From assembly GCA_964016885.1 (NCBI GenBank), contig OZ024742.1:84878001-84942000 (forward strand): DNA of 64,000 bases, read 5' to 3'. How positions within the stretch are numbered: the first letter of the stretch is position 1; every line of letters begins with the position of its first letter. This DNA is from Eledone cirrhosa (Eukaryota). The notes under the pieces are model-generated. The model did not search any database and was not told the DNA's origin. It worked only from the letters and a program-made list of their open reading frames with translations. Shown here piece after piece: positions 17,117 through 30,183 of the stretch. Made by a program: the position numbers and the translations under genes.

Positions 17117-17928
17117 GCAAATTAGGCTGCTCATCCGTTAATATGCATAAGGAATGTATATTCTTTTAGACGTTCAATCATCTGACAAAGGTATACGATT
17201 TTGACGATAGCTAACAAGCTTGAAATTAGTACATCGTTCCTTTGTCAGTGTTGAACAAAAGGGCGACGTTGGTTTCCGAGCAATGTACGGCGTAATTCGA
17301 GCTGTTTGTTTACAAACAAACCGAACATTATAATAAATGTTCGGTAAACCCATACGTACATATATGTATGTGTGCATGTATGTATATATATACATACTGC
17401 TGTGCATCTATACACATATATGTATGAACGTATAGATACTTATATTTAGGTAGCAGCCTTACTAAGAGTGAGGAATGAAATTTAGTTTCATTCTTTTCCA
17501 TTTATCGTTTTCGGTATGTCCGGCCGACTAATTCACTCCATATGCAAATTAGGCTGCTCAGCCGTTAATATGCATAAGGAAAGTATATACTTTCAGACGT
17601 TAATCTTCTGACAGAAAGATAGAAGATGCTGACGGTAGCTAACAAGCATGAAACTAGTTCATCGTTCCTGTGTCAGTGTTAATCAAAAGGGCGACGATGG
17701 TTACCGAACACTGTACGGCGTAATTCAGGGTGTTTCTTTACAAACAAACCGAACATTATAATAAATGTTCGGTAAACCCATACGTACATATATGTATGTG
17801 TGCATGTATATATATACATACTACTGTGCCTCTGTATACATATATTTTTGTACGTATACATACTTATATTTAGGTATCAGCCGTACTAAGAGTGAGAAAT
17901 GAAATTTCGTTTCATTCTTTTCCATTTA
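17117..17928. repeat. ~430-bp tandem repeat with internal hairpins and microsatellite
   Basis: Units start at ~17117 and ~17544. Hairpins CCGAACATT..AATGTTCGG and GAATGAAA..TTTCATTC. Same family at 42790-43310. Confidence 0.8.
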
Positions 17929-18091
17929 TATATATATAAATTTTGAGTATATTTTGGTTGTTTACCGACTCCTCAGTATGCAGATTGGAGCACTCGACGA
18001 AGTACTCAGGTTGGTTTGGCTACTCCGGAGTAATGTAAAATAAAGTAATTACGTCAAATATTTAAAATTTGGCTTCGTTTATTAAAGATGT

Positions 18092-18146
18092 ACTGCTATA
18101 TATATTTCGGTGACAGCCATCATTGGCCGTGACCTCTTCAGGCAGT
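18092..18146 (-). ncRNA. Minimal type I hammerhead ribozyme
   Basis: rc: ACTGC CTGAAGA GGTCACGGCCA ATGA TGGCTGTCACC GAAA TATATA TA GCAGT. Confidence 0.88.
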
Positions 18147-18361
18147 CCAAATTGGTATAGTAGAGACAGTTACACATGTTAAAGTGTTTTACTCCGTCAA
18201 TACTCCGATATGTCCAGCTCCTGGTTGGGTTGTTATTTCTCTGAGGAACTGGAAAGTTCGTCAGAGAAATAACAACCCAACAAGGAGCTGGACAAATCGG
18301 AGTATTGACGGACTAAAACACTTTAACAACATGTGTACCTGTCTCTACCATACCAATTTGG

Positions 18362-18416
18362 ACTGCCTGAAGAGGTCACAGCCAATGATGGCTGTCACCG
18401 AAATATATATAGCAGT
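18362..18416 (+). ncRNA. Minimal type I hammerhead ribozyme
   Basis: ACTGC CTGAAGA GGTCACAGCCA ATGA TGGCTGTCACC GAAA TATATA TA GCAGT. Confidence 0.9.
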
Positions 18417-18465
18417 ACATCTTTAATAAACGAAACCAAATTTTAAATATTTGACTTAATTACTT

Positions 18466-19033
<568 letters not shown>

Positions 19034-19038
19034 TATAC

Positions 19039-19228
<190 letters not shown>

Positions 19229-20021
19229 TTAGCTACCGCAGATTTCGACGAAATTCGCTTGGTCAGTTCCCCCTCTCAGCCAAACAATGACTCAATCAAG
19301 GCCTGTAATATAGCTTACTGCTACCCATCACGTTAGTGGCTGTCAGTCGAAAGCCAGTGGAGATGGGAGACTGTGAGTATCCACAGGTCTGAATACTACC
19401 TCTCATTAAGCATGGACAGTATCATTGACCATTAATCTCTAAGAGAAAATATACTTAATACTATGTATCATGGTTTCACGGTGGAAGTTATGAATGAGAG
19501 TTGGGAATTAAAATTTAAATTCCAATATCAGAAATAAAATATTAAATATAACAAATTAGAAATTAAATAGTAACAATTAAAAATTAATACTTTTTAAAGT
19601 TGGAATCTGGATTGAGGCGAGTAAAAAAATATAGATTGAAGTGAGTAAATAATATGCAGAGATTTCGTTTCTGAATTTGTTTAGCAAGATTCTTTATCTG
19701 AAATCGTGTGTTGAAACCGATATTGTTATACTTTGGGAGGGTCATGTTGCCAATAAGAAACACACGCACCAGTTGCTTTCACTTGCAAAGAGATGTTTAA
19801 GTAAGATGTTTAGAAATATTATTAATGTTACGGTTATATTATCTATATACTGAACGATAGTACCGTACAGTAGAAAGCAGGGTAAATTACGGTATGAAAG
19901 GTAGTATTTAGTCGGGTACATAGTTAGAATTTCCATCACATGTAACAGAACCCCCACAAAAAACAAAAAAACGATATAACGTACACAATTTGGATTGCCT
20001 CGGAAACATATTATGTAACAA

Positions 20022-20095
20022 GCTGTCTGACGATGTCGCGACACTGGCGCACGGAACAGTGTGACCACTGTCGCCATTGAAATATATATCACAGC
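20022..20095 (+). ncRNA. Type I hammerhead ribozyme in a PLE-terminus remnant (19725-20140)
   Basis: GCTGT CTGACGA ...GCGACA/TGTCGC... GAAA TATATA TC ACAGC. 19725-19784 is identical to 29646-29705. Confidence 0.8.
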
Positions 20096-20156
20096 ATTAT
20101 TATTAAAATACTTGAACATCTGAAACTACTTCGCTTTTCCTTATTCTCTCTCTCTC

Positions 20157-20220
<64 letters not shown>

Positions 20221-20273
20221 GAGAAGAAAGAAGAATACGCGTGGTTGCACATGGGTTACATAGGATAAAAATA

Positions 20274-20372
20274 GTCCTTCGTCAGTGATTTTCCAACCAT
20301 CATTGATACATCGCATTAAAAATCATATACCTCAGGTTGGTGCGAGCAATAGCTAAATAAAGCTATTGGGAC
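20274..20372 (-). ncRNA. Permuted hammerhead-like/k-turn motif, copy with GAAA partly deleted
   Basis: Aligns with 30184-30285; all helices retained. Confidence 0.6.
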
Positions 20373-20559
20373 AAGTAAATCGCGTTAACCGAGTGAGACA
20401 AGTAAACAACATAGAAGGATGAAAGTAACGCAAATATAGGAATAAATAAGCAACATGGTTATCCGGTCAGCATAAGCTGGGTGGATTTCATGAGCAATCG
20501 AAATACAGACCGTCCGACGTGAGAGAGATGTGAGCAAGAAGAGAACCCACTACAAGCCA

Positions 20560-21245
20560 AACTGAGGAAGTGAGAAGGGGATACATCACGAACGAGATCG
20601 CGCGAATTAAAAACAGATGCAGCGATCCCGCGAGTGGTGTCACTCATACCAAGCGATTCCTCGAGGTGCTGGAGACGAACGGGTACCCTACCTCGCTCAC
20701 AGACAGAATAGGAGACACCAGACACAAGAGTCAGAGAGGCACCCAAGGCAAGTTCTTCCTTAAAATGCCACACCTGGGCGAGAATACACCAACGCTATCC
20801 GCAAGGCTATACAGAGGGAGGGCCTTGACATCCACCTGGCCCACTCGGGCCCCTCCCTGCGAAGATACCTCTCCAGTAAACCCGGGAAATCAACTGACGC
20901 GTGCTCCCTCAGAGACTGCCCGATGCACCATGCGAACTGTTGCCTACGCACATACGTCGTGTATAAGATAGAATGTAACAAGTGCAACCAATACTATATA
21001 GGTAGCACAATCCGAACTTTGCACATCCGGATCAAGGAACACACTAAAACCAGGGCCTCGTCTTTCCGGAAACACATAGACAAATGCGGAAACAAAGACG
21101 GAAGGCCCATTGTCACAATTCTAACGACTGAAAGAAACGTCGCCACGTTACGTATCAAGGATCAAACGCCTAGAGCCACAAATAAACAATCGATCCGAGA
21201 GAAGCGAAATGAGGTGGTTGGTTTAAGTTAACAAACGATGCAGCA

Positions 21246-21276
<31 letters not shown>

Positions 21277-21360
21277 GTATCATTCCATCATACCAACATA
21301 CTACACTGCCAATACAGAGGAACAAGGCAACAACACACACACACACTCAAGCGAGACAAC

Positions 21361-21402
<42 letters not shown>

Positions 21403-21905
21403 CATTCAACAAACAGGCAGAGAATGGACTGACAGCTAGCGCCACCCCACTCCCACAATTGAAAGAACTACTTCGGCCGCTGACCTCTGCCCGACCGACA
21501 CCATTTCACGCGCATGCGCGCTCTGCTGAATAGCTCAGATATTCAAAACAACCAACAGCGGAGGACGCGTTTCGCACCTATCCGACAGACAACCTTTCCC
21601 CCACCCCGGAAAAAAACCACAGTTGATGGATGTGAATCCGAAATATATAGGGACAATTAAATCTCTCCCAAGGTAACTCTCTCTAGTGTTGTTATTTTAA
21701 TTTTATCCATTATGCTCTTTCCTTCATTCCACTACAGGTCTTATACACGCCACGCATCTCAACGTACACCCACTTACATCTCTCTCTCCACTACCGGATC
21801 TTGTTACCCGGAGATGTACCCATTTGCATTGTCGAGGCTTCCAAACGACTTAAATTAAAGAAATTTACCTTATTATTCCACAATGCTTCAAGCAAACTTC
21901 AATAC
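20560..21905 (+). mobile_element. 5'-truncated Penelope-like element (thumb plus GIY-YIG plus 3' UTR)
   Basis: RIKNRCSD...LETNGYP; VVYKIECNKCNQYYIGSTIRTLHIRIKEH...FRKH (CCHH GIY-YIG). Degenerate hammerhead at ~21620-21655 (GGAT GTGA ATCC GAAA TATA TA). Confidence 0.8.
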
Positions 21906-21931
21906 TCTCTTATATATATATATATATATAT

Positions 21932-22139
21932 ATAACGAAGGAAATGTGGTGAGGAACCAGGTGGACCATAACGCACCAAAGTACTCAATACTTAGGGTAG
22001 TAGAGTGGGTAATAGGAACGAGTAGGACCCCGACGGCTGAGCTCAAGCCGTTTCGACGGCTAATTCTGGACTAAATCTGGACTAGTCCAGAATTAGCCGT
22101 CGAAGCGACTTGAGCTCAGCATTCGGGGTCCTACTCGTT

Positions 22140-22143
<4 letters not shown>
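21932..22143. repeat. Fold-back copy of the 4.9-5.4 kb family
   Basis: Same unit; palindromic junction CTGGACTAGTCCAG; (TA)n flanks. Confidence 0.8.
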
Positions 22144-22183
<40 letters not shown>

Positions 22184-22184
<1 letters not shown>

Positions 22185-23494
22185 GATATTAATAAATGGA
22201 AACTATATTTATAAAACCATATCTATTTTATATATATAACAGTTTTACAAATAAGCTTTGACGTACCCTATTAAAATGCAACCATTGTTTTTGGAAGTCA
22301 TCCGGATAGTGATTTGTTTATATTACTTTAATAAGTCATAGTGTTAAGGACAATTATGAAAAAGACGGAGAGAAAGAAAAAGACGGAGAGAAAGAAAAAT
22401 CGTGGAGAAGTATCGGAGAGAGAGAGATGCATGGAGAAGAAAAGAAAGAGATAAGTAAAGACAGGAGGAAAGGAAGAAAGAAGAAAAAAGGAAGAAATAA
22501 GAAAAACAGAGGAAAGCAACAGAGAGATATTAAGTCAACAGACAGATAGAAAAACTCAAGAGAGAGAAATGTTATACAGAGAGAGAGGGAGATTATGAAA
22601 ACTTTACGCCATGTCATGTTAAGTTGAGTTAACAATTCATATGAAATGAATAATAAAAATATAAATATTAATATTCATGAATGGGACATATATATATCAT
22701 ATGAGAAATTAAACATTGTTTAATAATGACTATATGTTTAGTTTAAACCTTGAGATCAATATACTAAAATTTGGATTTAATCTCCAAAATGTACACATTG
22801 CTAGAGAAGTCAGAATATAGTCATTATTAAACAATGTTTAATTTCTCATATTATATATATATGTCCCATTCATGAATATTAATATTTATATTTTTATTAT
22901 TAATTTCCTATGAATTGTTAACTCAACTTAACATGACATGACGTAAAGTTTTCATAATCTCCCTCTCTCTATATATAACATTTCTCTCTCTTGAGTTTTT
23001 CTATCTGTCTGTTGACTTAATATCTCTCCGTTGCTTTCCTCTGTTTTTCTTATTTCTTCCTTTTTTCTTCTTTCTTCCTTTCTTCCTGTCTTTACTTATC
23101 TCTTTCTTTTCTTCTCCATGCATCTCTCTCTCTCCGATACTTCTCCACGTTTTTTCTTTCTCTCCGTCTTTTTCTAATTGTCCTTAACACTATGACTTAT
23201 TAAAGTAATATAAACAAATCACTATCCGGATGACTTCCAAAAACAATGGTTGCATTTTAATAGGGTACGTCAAAGCTTATTTGTAAAACTGTTATATATT
23301 GTATTTTATCTGATGAAGGCATACCATAATTTAATTTGGTATCCCTGAAATATGTATAATGAAATAGATATGGTTTTATAAATATAGTTTCCATTTATTA
23401 ATATCGTATATCTACTCCAAATACTTGTCGAGTGCTTTATATCAGTTATAAAAATATTTACTTGTTGTATCCCAACAATTTTAAATAGAACTTT

Positions 23495-23498
<4 letters not shown>
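22184..23498. mobile_element. Large PLE-derived fold-back (arms 22184-22736 / 22815-23406) plus ~90-nt tail on the right
   Basis: ~550-bp inverted arms between (TA)n. The right arm has a hammerhead that is deleted from the left arm. Confidence 0.85.
23302..23366 (+). ncRNA. Minimal type I hammerhead ribozyme
   Basis: TATTTTAT CTGATGA AGG.ATACCA...TGGTAT.CCT GAAA TATGTA TA ATGAAATA. Confidence 0.85.
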
Positions 23499-23551
<53 letters not shown>

Positions 23552-23554
<3 letters not shown>

Positions 23555-26500
23555 AAAGAATAGAGGTGTAACACACGAGTTGTGATATAGTAGTAGAAGG
23601 AAAAGAAAATGCTGACAAATTTTTCCCAGTGAAAAATAGTTTAATTAGGAATAAGTAAAAATTAGTAATAAGTATTGGTTAGTATTCAGTTTTTACCGGT
23701 TGCGGTAATTTTGAGATAGGGCGCCCGTGATCACTTTTGGAAATTCTACCTGTTTTATGTGAAAAAAGTGGCTCCAGAGGTATGAAGATTTGGTTGGTTG
23801 TTGAATTTCACGTGAATGATTACTATAAGTTTCGCGCCAATTTGTGTTGCAAAAATTCTTGTAGTCAAAACAATTTTGATTGGTCGGAAGAGGTCACGTG
23901 AATGTTAAAAATTGATTTTGCGCCAAATGTAGGATTGTCGAAGAGTGTCCTTTTATAGCTTGATTGAGAAGTCACTAAAAATTAAGTCTTTTAAGACAAA
24001 TATGTGTGTGGGTGTGTGTGTGTAGTTAAGTGGTTCATTGTTGTGATAATGGTCAGTGGGGATGTGTGTGTGAATTGCAGTCATTTTGAAAGGTCAACAG
24101 TTCAGGCGTCTATTAAGACAAACATGTGTGTGTGTGTGTGTGTGTAGCAGAGTGATTCGTGGTAGAGGGATTATGTCAGTAAGAATGTGTCTGTACGTGT
24201 GTGGAGGATATTTTATAATGTTGAAAAATATTGTTCAGCTCTTGTCTTATACAGATAAGTGTGTGTGTGTGTGTGTGAGTATATATATGTCTGCTTGCAT
24301 GTTAGTGTACGCGTGTGTATGTGTGTGTGTATATGTGTGAATGTGTGTGAAGGGGGGCCATTATTTTTTGTGATACTCGTAAAAATGGTGGACATTATTC
24401 GATATTTTCAGTAATTTGCAAAAACGATTCTCTCAAAAGAACATCAAAAACCTTAATAATAAAAGGGGTGAAATGATATATAGTATTGTCATAACACCAC
24501 GTTGTGTGTGAGTGTCCAGATTGTACGTACTACCAGGGGAATCCATTAGGCCCTGCCGTATGGGAATACTTGTGTACAAATATGTATGTGCCCATCAGTG
24601 TGCAATGCATGTCTGCGTATATGTATGTGTGTGTCGGCACGTTTATATCTATAGACATCAAAAGGTATGCAAATTTGTGTATATTTATGTTGCACCATAG
24701 ATCATGTGTGTTTACGTATGTCATTGCATTGTGTTTATATGTGGATAGAGATGTATTTAGGATGTATGCTGATACTAACCAATACTTATTACTAATTTTT
24801 ACTTATTCCTAATTAAACTATTTTTCACTGGGAAAAATTTGTTAGCATTTCCTTTTCCTTTTACTAATATATCACAACTGGTGTGTTACACCTCTATTCT
24901 TTTAAATATCATATCCCCACACGAGATACAGAAAATGCCAACAAAAACAGATACAACTCTTATCAACACAAATGAAGAGATTCTACAGGAACTCAAGAAA
25001 ATTAACACCAACCTATCTGTGCTAGTGGACAAACTTGACTCCACAAATGAGGAAACCGTCACCGGATACAAACTCTCCGAAATCGGCGATAAACTTCAAA
25101 ACCTTTGCGATACTATCCAAACTATGTTCACTACTACCAACCCAGGAAAAACCAACGAAGAACCGTGTGAGATTGATTCATACAAAGGGAAAATTCGAAC
25201 AATCCCAAAATGGAACAAATCCCTCAGAGACAGAAGGTTCTCCTTCTGGAAGATGATACAAAATCACAACAACGCGGAGATATATGAAAAATGGCTTAAC
25301 TCAACCCCTCTAACGCTCCCCCGTAAAATACAAATAAAGTTCATTCCAAATGAACACGAACCGCAAAGACACCTTAGGGAAAGAATGGCATTGGAAAAAT
25401 GAAGACAGAAATTGAACTTATTAAATTGAGGGCCCAGACAAATGAGGAAAAAATCAAAACCATCGATGAAGAGATCCTCCTGGAAATCAACAATAAGACT
25501 GAAGGCCACACGGTAGAGAAGATCTCTAAATTATGGAAAGGGGACTGCAACAGAGAAGAACTGAAATCCCTTCAACGCTGGGGGAAAAAGTGCCGCTTGG
25601 TTCCTAAACTATGAATCGACTTTTCAAACGGATTACACCTCCAATAACATAGGGGAAAGATACCACCACCATGATAGATGTAACAACTTCCCCGCTACAA
25701 GGGGAAAGCAAGGTAATTTTCTTTTTCTGAACTTTCGCTTCCACAATACACAACAAACCCACACCACGCGATACAACCAACAACGTAGGCCACCTATAAC
25801 ACCACAATCCAACATGGCACATAGAAACACACATCCATACTCGCAATACAGGAACAGCCCATTCAATCCACAACCACGAACCCGAACCACATTTTACAAC
25901 AACAAGGAATATAACACACACAGGAGACCACTTAACATCAGCAGACAACCCCCCTACCCCAACCATTTTTGAGACACAGCACACAGATACAGGCAAACAA
26001 AATAACACAAGACAGGGAGGAGAAACCGAGAGTAATAAAAATTATCAATCTAACTAGTGCAGAACCAACACCCAACCTTATCAACTTACTCTCCAAACGT
26101 CTTAAATTCACACCGCCCCCACTACGTCCTAACTACTATGAAATGAAGGAAGACATCACAGACTTCTGTAGAAAGTTACGACTCAGTGAAGAACTATTCG
26201 GCCAGAACAATGAGGATGAATCATTAGCCAGAAAGAAATAGAAGCAACTACACCCCATCAAAAGGTAGAAATAAAATCCTGGACGAATTCTGTGAACACA
26301 TCACAAACTTCCCTTACCAACACTTGCACAGACAAAAATACAAGCCAAACCTCAACAAGAAAGAATGGGAAGAATTAAATAGTGGATGATAAAGGGAGTA
26401 CAGTAGTCCTAATGGAGACAGAATTCTATATCAACTTAGCGCTCTCCACTTTGGAAAACGAAACATACTACGAAAAGGCTGAACACTACAATCAACAGAA

Positions 26501-28925
26501 AATTATGAGAAACCTAAAAACTCTGATCAACCAATACAAAGAAGGACTCACTAACAAGGAATTCAGCTTCATCACAGACTTCACAAGTAAATCCAGCCTT
26601 TTCTACGGTCTCCATAAAGTACATAAAAGCGAATTAATAAGTAAGGCATCCAAGGAAGCCACATACATAATCATCAATGTCCCCTCACCCAATGATCTCA
26701 AATTAAGACCTATAATAGCAGGCCCCGCTTGCGAAACCGACCGCATTAGCAACTTCATTGATACCCTTCTCAAGCCTTTCCTGAAACACATCAAAAGCTA
26801 TATAAGGGACGACCTAGATATGTTCAATCACCTCCCTAATATGCCCCTTTCTGAACAAACCCTTCTAGTGACGTTCGATGTAGTCAACCTATACGCCAAC
26901 ATCCTCCACCACCTAGGAATAAAAGCTATCCAATTCTGGCTGGATAATTACCACAATGAACTCCCACAACGCATCAAAAAAGAATTCGTGATAGAGGGAC
27001 TCAAATTTATCTTGGAGAACAATTACTTCGTTTTCAATAACAAAGCCTACAGGCAGAAATCTGGGACCGCTATGGGAACGAAACCAGCCCACATTTATGC
27101 CAACCTAGTGATGGGATACCTGGAAATCACCCTCTACACTAAGGTACTAAACAAATTTGGAAACACTCTCCACTTACACATAGAAAAGAACTGGAAGAGA
27201 TATCTAGATGACTGCTTCATCCTTTGGCACGAAAACATCGAGAAACTTAAAGAATGTCACACCCTTATAAATGGGCTCAACACGAATATTAACTTTACGA
27301 TGGAATACAGCCATCAACAACTCCCCTACACTCGACATCCTCATTAAGATTCATAACAAAAGAATAGAAACAGACATATACTACAAGCCCACAGACTCCA
27401 AGCAATATCTTCCTTTCAACTCTTGCCACCCTAGACACGTTAAAATTAATATTCCCTACAACTTAGCCAAGAGAATATGTACTATAGTCTCCAATAAAAA
27501 CACCTGTTACTTACGGTTACACGAACTAAAGGACACACTCATAGGCAGTGACTACCCTGCATCACTAATTGATAATGGAATCCAACGTGCCCTAAAACTC
27601 AGTACCCAGGACCTTAGAAACCCTAAAGTAAATCAACCGAAACTAAAAGATTTTCCATACATCTCCACACACAACCCCTCAACAATGACGCCTTTGACAG
27701 CATCCTCCAGAACATCCCTGTGTTAAAAAAGGACCATAGAATGAACCACATCCTTCGAACACACAATATCATGAAGAGCAAAAGACAATCTAAGTCAATG
27801 AAAAACATCCTAACACATGCCAAAGTACTGCCAACTACCACAACAAAGCTACAGAAAAAAAGGCGATAGACCCAACTGTGGCACATGCATCAACCTAATA
27901 GAGGGTTCGGAATTCTATTTCAAAGAAGGACAACGTTTTATAGTAAAACTCAATTTCATATGCGCATCAGAAAATCTAATATATGTATTAACTTGCTCAG
28001 GTTGTCGAGAACAGTACATAGGCCAGACCAAAAACATCCCCCGCCAACGCATGACTGTCCATAGATCCCAAATTAAAATACGGCAATACAGGAAAATACC
28101 ACTGAGTGAACACATTGATACCTGTGCCGCTCAAAATCATCCCAACTTTAGAATCGTTCCCCTCTACAAATTTAAAGACAATGCCACCCACACCCAGCGC
28201 ATCAGCAAGGAATCTCACTTTATTAACAAATACGGACCCCGTCTAAACACTTCTCCCTAAGACGAACCCAAAACATACACACGTCAACATAATACCTATA
28301 TCAGCATACATCCTACATACATCTCTATCGACATATAAACACAATGACATACGTAAACACACATGTTCTATGGTGCAACACAAATATACACAAATTTGCA
28401 TACCTTTTGATGTCTATAGATATAAACGTGCCGACACACACACATACATATAAGCACACATGCATTGCACACTGGGGGGCATATACATATTTGTACACAA
28501 GTATTCCCATACGGCAGAGCCTAATGGATTCCCTTTTCAGTACGTACAATCTGGACACCCACACACACCTTGGTGTTATGACAATACTATATATCATTTC
28601 ACCCCTTTTATTATTAATGTTTTTGATGTTCTTTGGAGAGTATCGTTTTTGCAAATTACTGAAAATATCGAATAATGTACACCATTTTTACCAGTATCAA
28701 ACACACACACACACATACACACACACACATATATACACAAACACATACACACGCGTACACTAACTTACAAACAGACATATATATACACACACATACACAC
28801 TTCTCCGTATAAAACAAGAGCTGAAAAAATCTTTCAACAGGTTAAAATATCCCCCACACACGTACAGACACATTCCTACTGACCGAATCCCTCTACCACG
28901 AATCACTCTGCTACACACGCACACA

Positions 28926-28987
<62 letters not shown>

Positions 28988-29585
28988 TATTTGTCTTAAT
29001 AGACACCTGAACTGTTGATCTTTCAACATGACTGCAATTCACACACACATCCATAGTGACCATTATCACAACAATGAACCTCTTAACTATACACACAGAC
29101 ACACACACACACACACACACACATTTGTCTTAAAAGACTTATTTTTCAGTGACTTCTCAATCAGGCGAAAAAGGACACTCTTCGACAATCCTACATTTGG
29201 CGCAAAATCAATTTTTAACATTCACGTGACCTCTTCCGACCAATCAAACATGTTTTGACTACAAGAATTTTTGCGACACAAATTGGCGCGAAACTTATAG
29301 TAATCATTCACGTGACATTCAACAACCAACCAAATCTTAATACCTCTGGAGCCACTTTTTTCACAGAAAACAGGTAGAATTTCCAAAAGTGATCAGATTA
29401 GAGCAAACATCACGGCGCTCTATCTCAAAATTATTTTTGAAAAGCATTAGAAATGCGCAACCGGTAAAAACTTAAAACTAAAACTGAATACTAACCAATA
29501 CTTATTACTAATTTTTACTTATTCCTAATTAAACTATTTTTCCCAGTGAAAAATTTGTCACCATTTTCTTTTCCTTTTACTAATA
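23552..29585 (+). mobile_element. Near full-length Penelope-like element (Neptune-type) with an inverted upstream copy of its 3' UTR/pLTR
   Basis: 23552-24773 is the reverse complement of 28298-29585 plus tail. Partial pLTR 24773-24906 precedes the ORF. (TA)n on both sides. Confidence 0.9.
24935..28260 (+). pseudogene. PLE polyprotein: N-terminal region, RT and GIY-YIG endonuclease (several frameshifts)
   Basis: INL...LKFTP, DKG, LRPII, TFDVVNLY, GTAMGT...YANL, RYLDD, DIYYKPTDSKQYL...SCHP, CGTC knuckle, NLIYVLTCSGCREQYIGQT, H..H, PRLN. Confidence 0.92.
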
Positions 29586-29608
29586 TATATATATATATAT
29601 ATATTTAT

Positions 29609-29644
<36 letters not shown>

Positions 29645-29645
29645 T

Positions 29646-30130
29646 GTTATACTTTGGGAGGGTCATGTTGCCAATAAGAAACACACGCACCAGTTGCTTT
29701 CACTTCAATTTATTATAAATTAAATTAATAAATTTAGGAATTTATTAATTTCCAGTTGGTTGGTTGGTTCCACAACCAGATGATTGTTCATATATTGTCA
29801 AAGTTCTTTCATCACACATTCTGTGACTTCTTCATTGACTGGGGATTCTTTTCTTTGTTTTTGTGCCTCTGCTTTGTTCTGTCCTACGCCATCTTGTTTT
29901 TGTGTGTGCTGTGTGCTTAGTTTGCGCATGTGTTACATCCGGGTGTATGTGTGTGTTTATTTTTGTTTATTTATTGTTTATTTATATGTTACTGGTTGGT
30001 TGTTTGTTCTATGTGTGTGTGTGTTTTCCTTGATTGTAAGTTGTGATGTTGCTGATCCATTCATGTTTTCTATTTAATTTTGGTTGGAGTTCATTTATGA
30101 TTATTGCCTCTGTGATTTGTCTAAACATTG
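29646..30130 (-). mobile_element. 3' remnant of a PLE (GIY-YIG C-terminus plus 3' UTR)
   Basis: rc of ~30055-30125 encodes QITEAIIINELQPKLNRKHE. Its terminus is shared with 19725-19784. Confidence 0.6.
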
Positions 30131-30183
30131 GCTTTATCCTTCTATGTCGTTTACTTGTCTCACTCGCTTTACGCGACTCACTT

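Larger units (their letters stand above)
17937..18472. mobile_element. PLE-derived fold-back (arms ~18036-18250 / 18255-18472) plus ~100-nt tail on the left
   Basis: Near-perfect palindrome with a GGAA centre, (TA)n on both sides, and a hammerhead in each arm. Confidence 0.85.

Noticed and set aside
24935-28260. Possible selenocysteine recoding (as in Naiad PLEs) or SECIS reading of the TGA/GAT motif
   Set aside because: The breaks are frameshifts or TAA/TAG stops and the EN is C-terminal. The k-turn motif at 30.2 kb lacks SECIS helix II and apical AA geometry.
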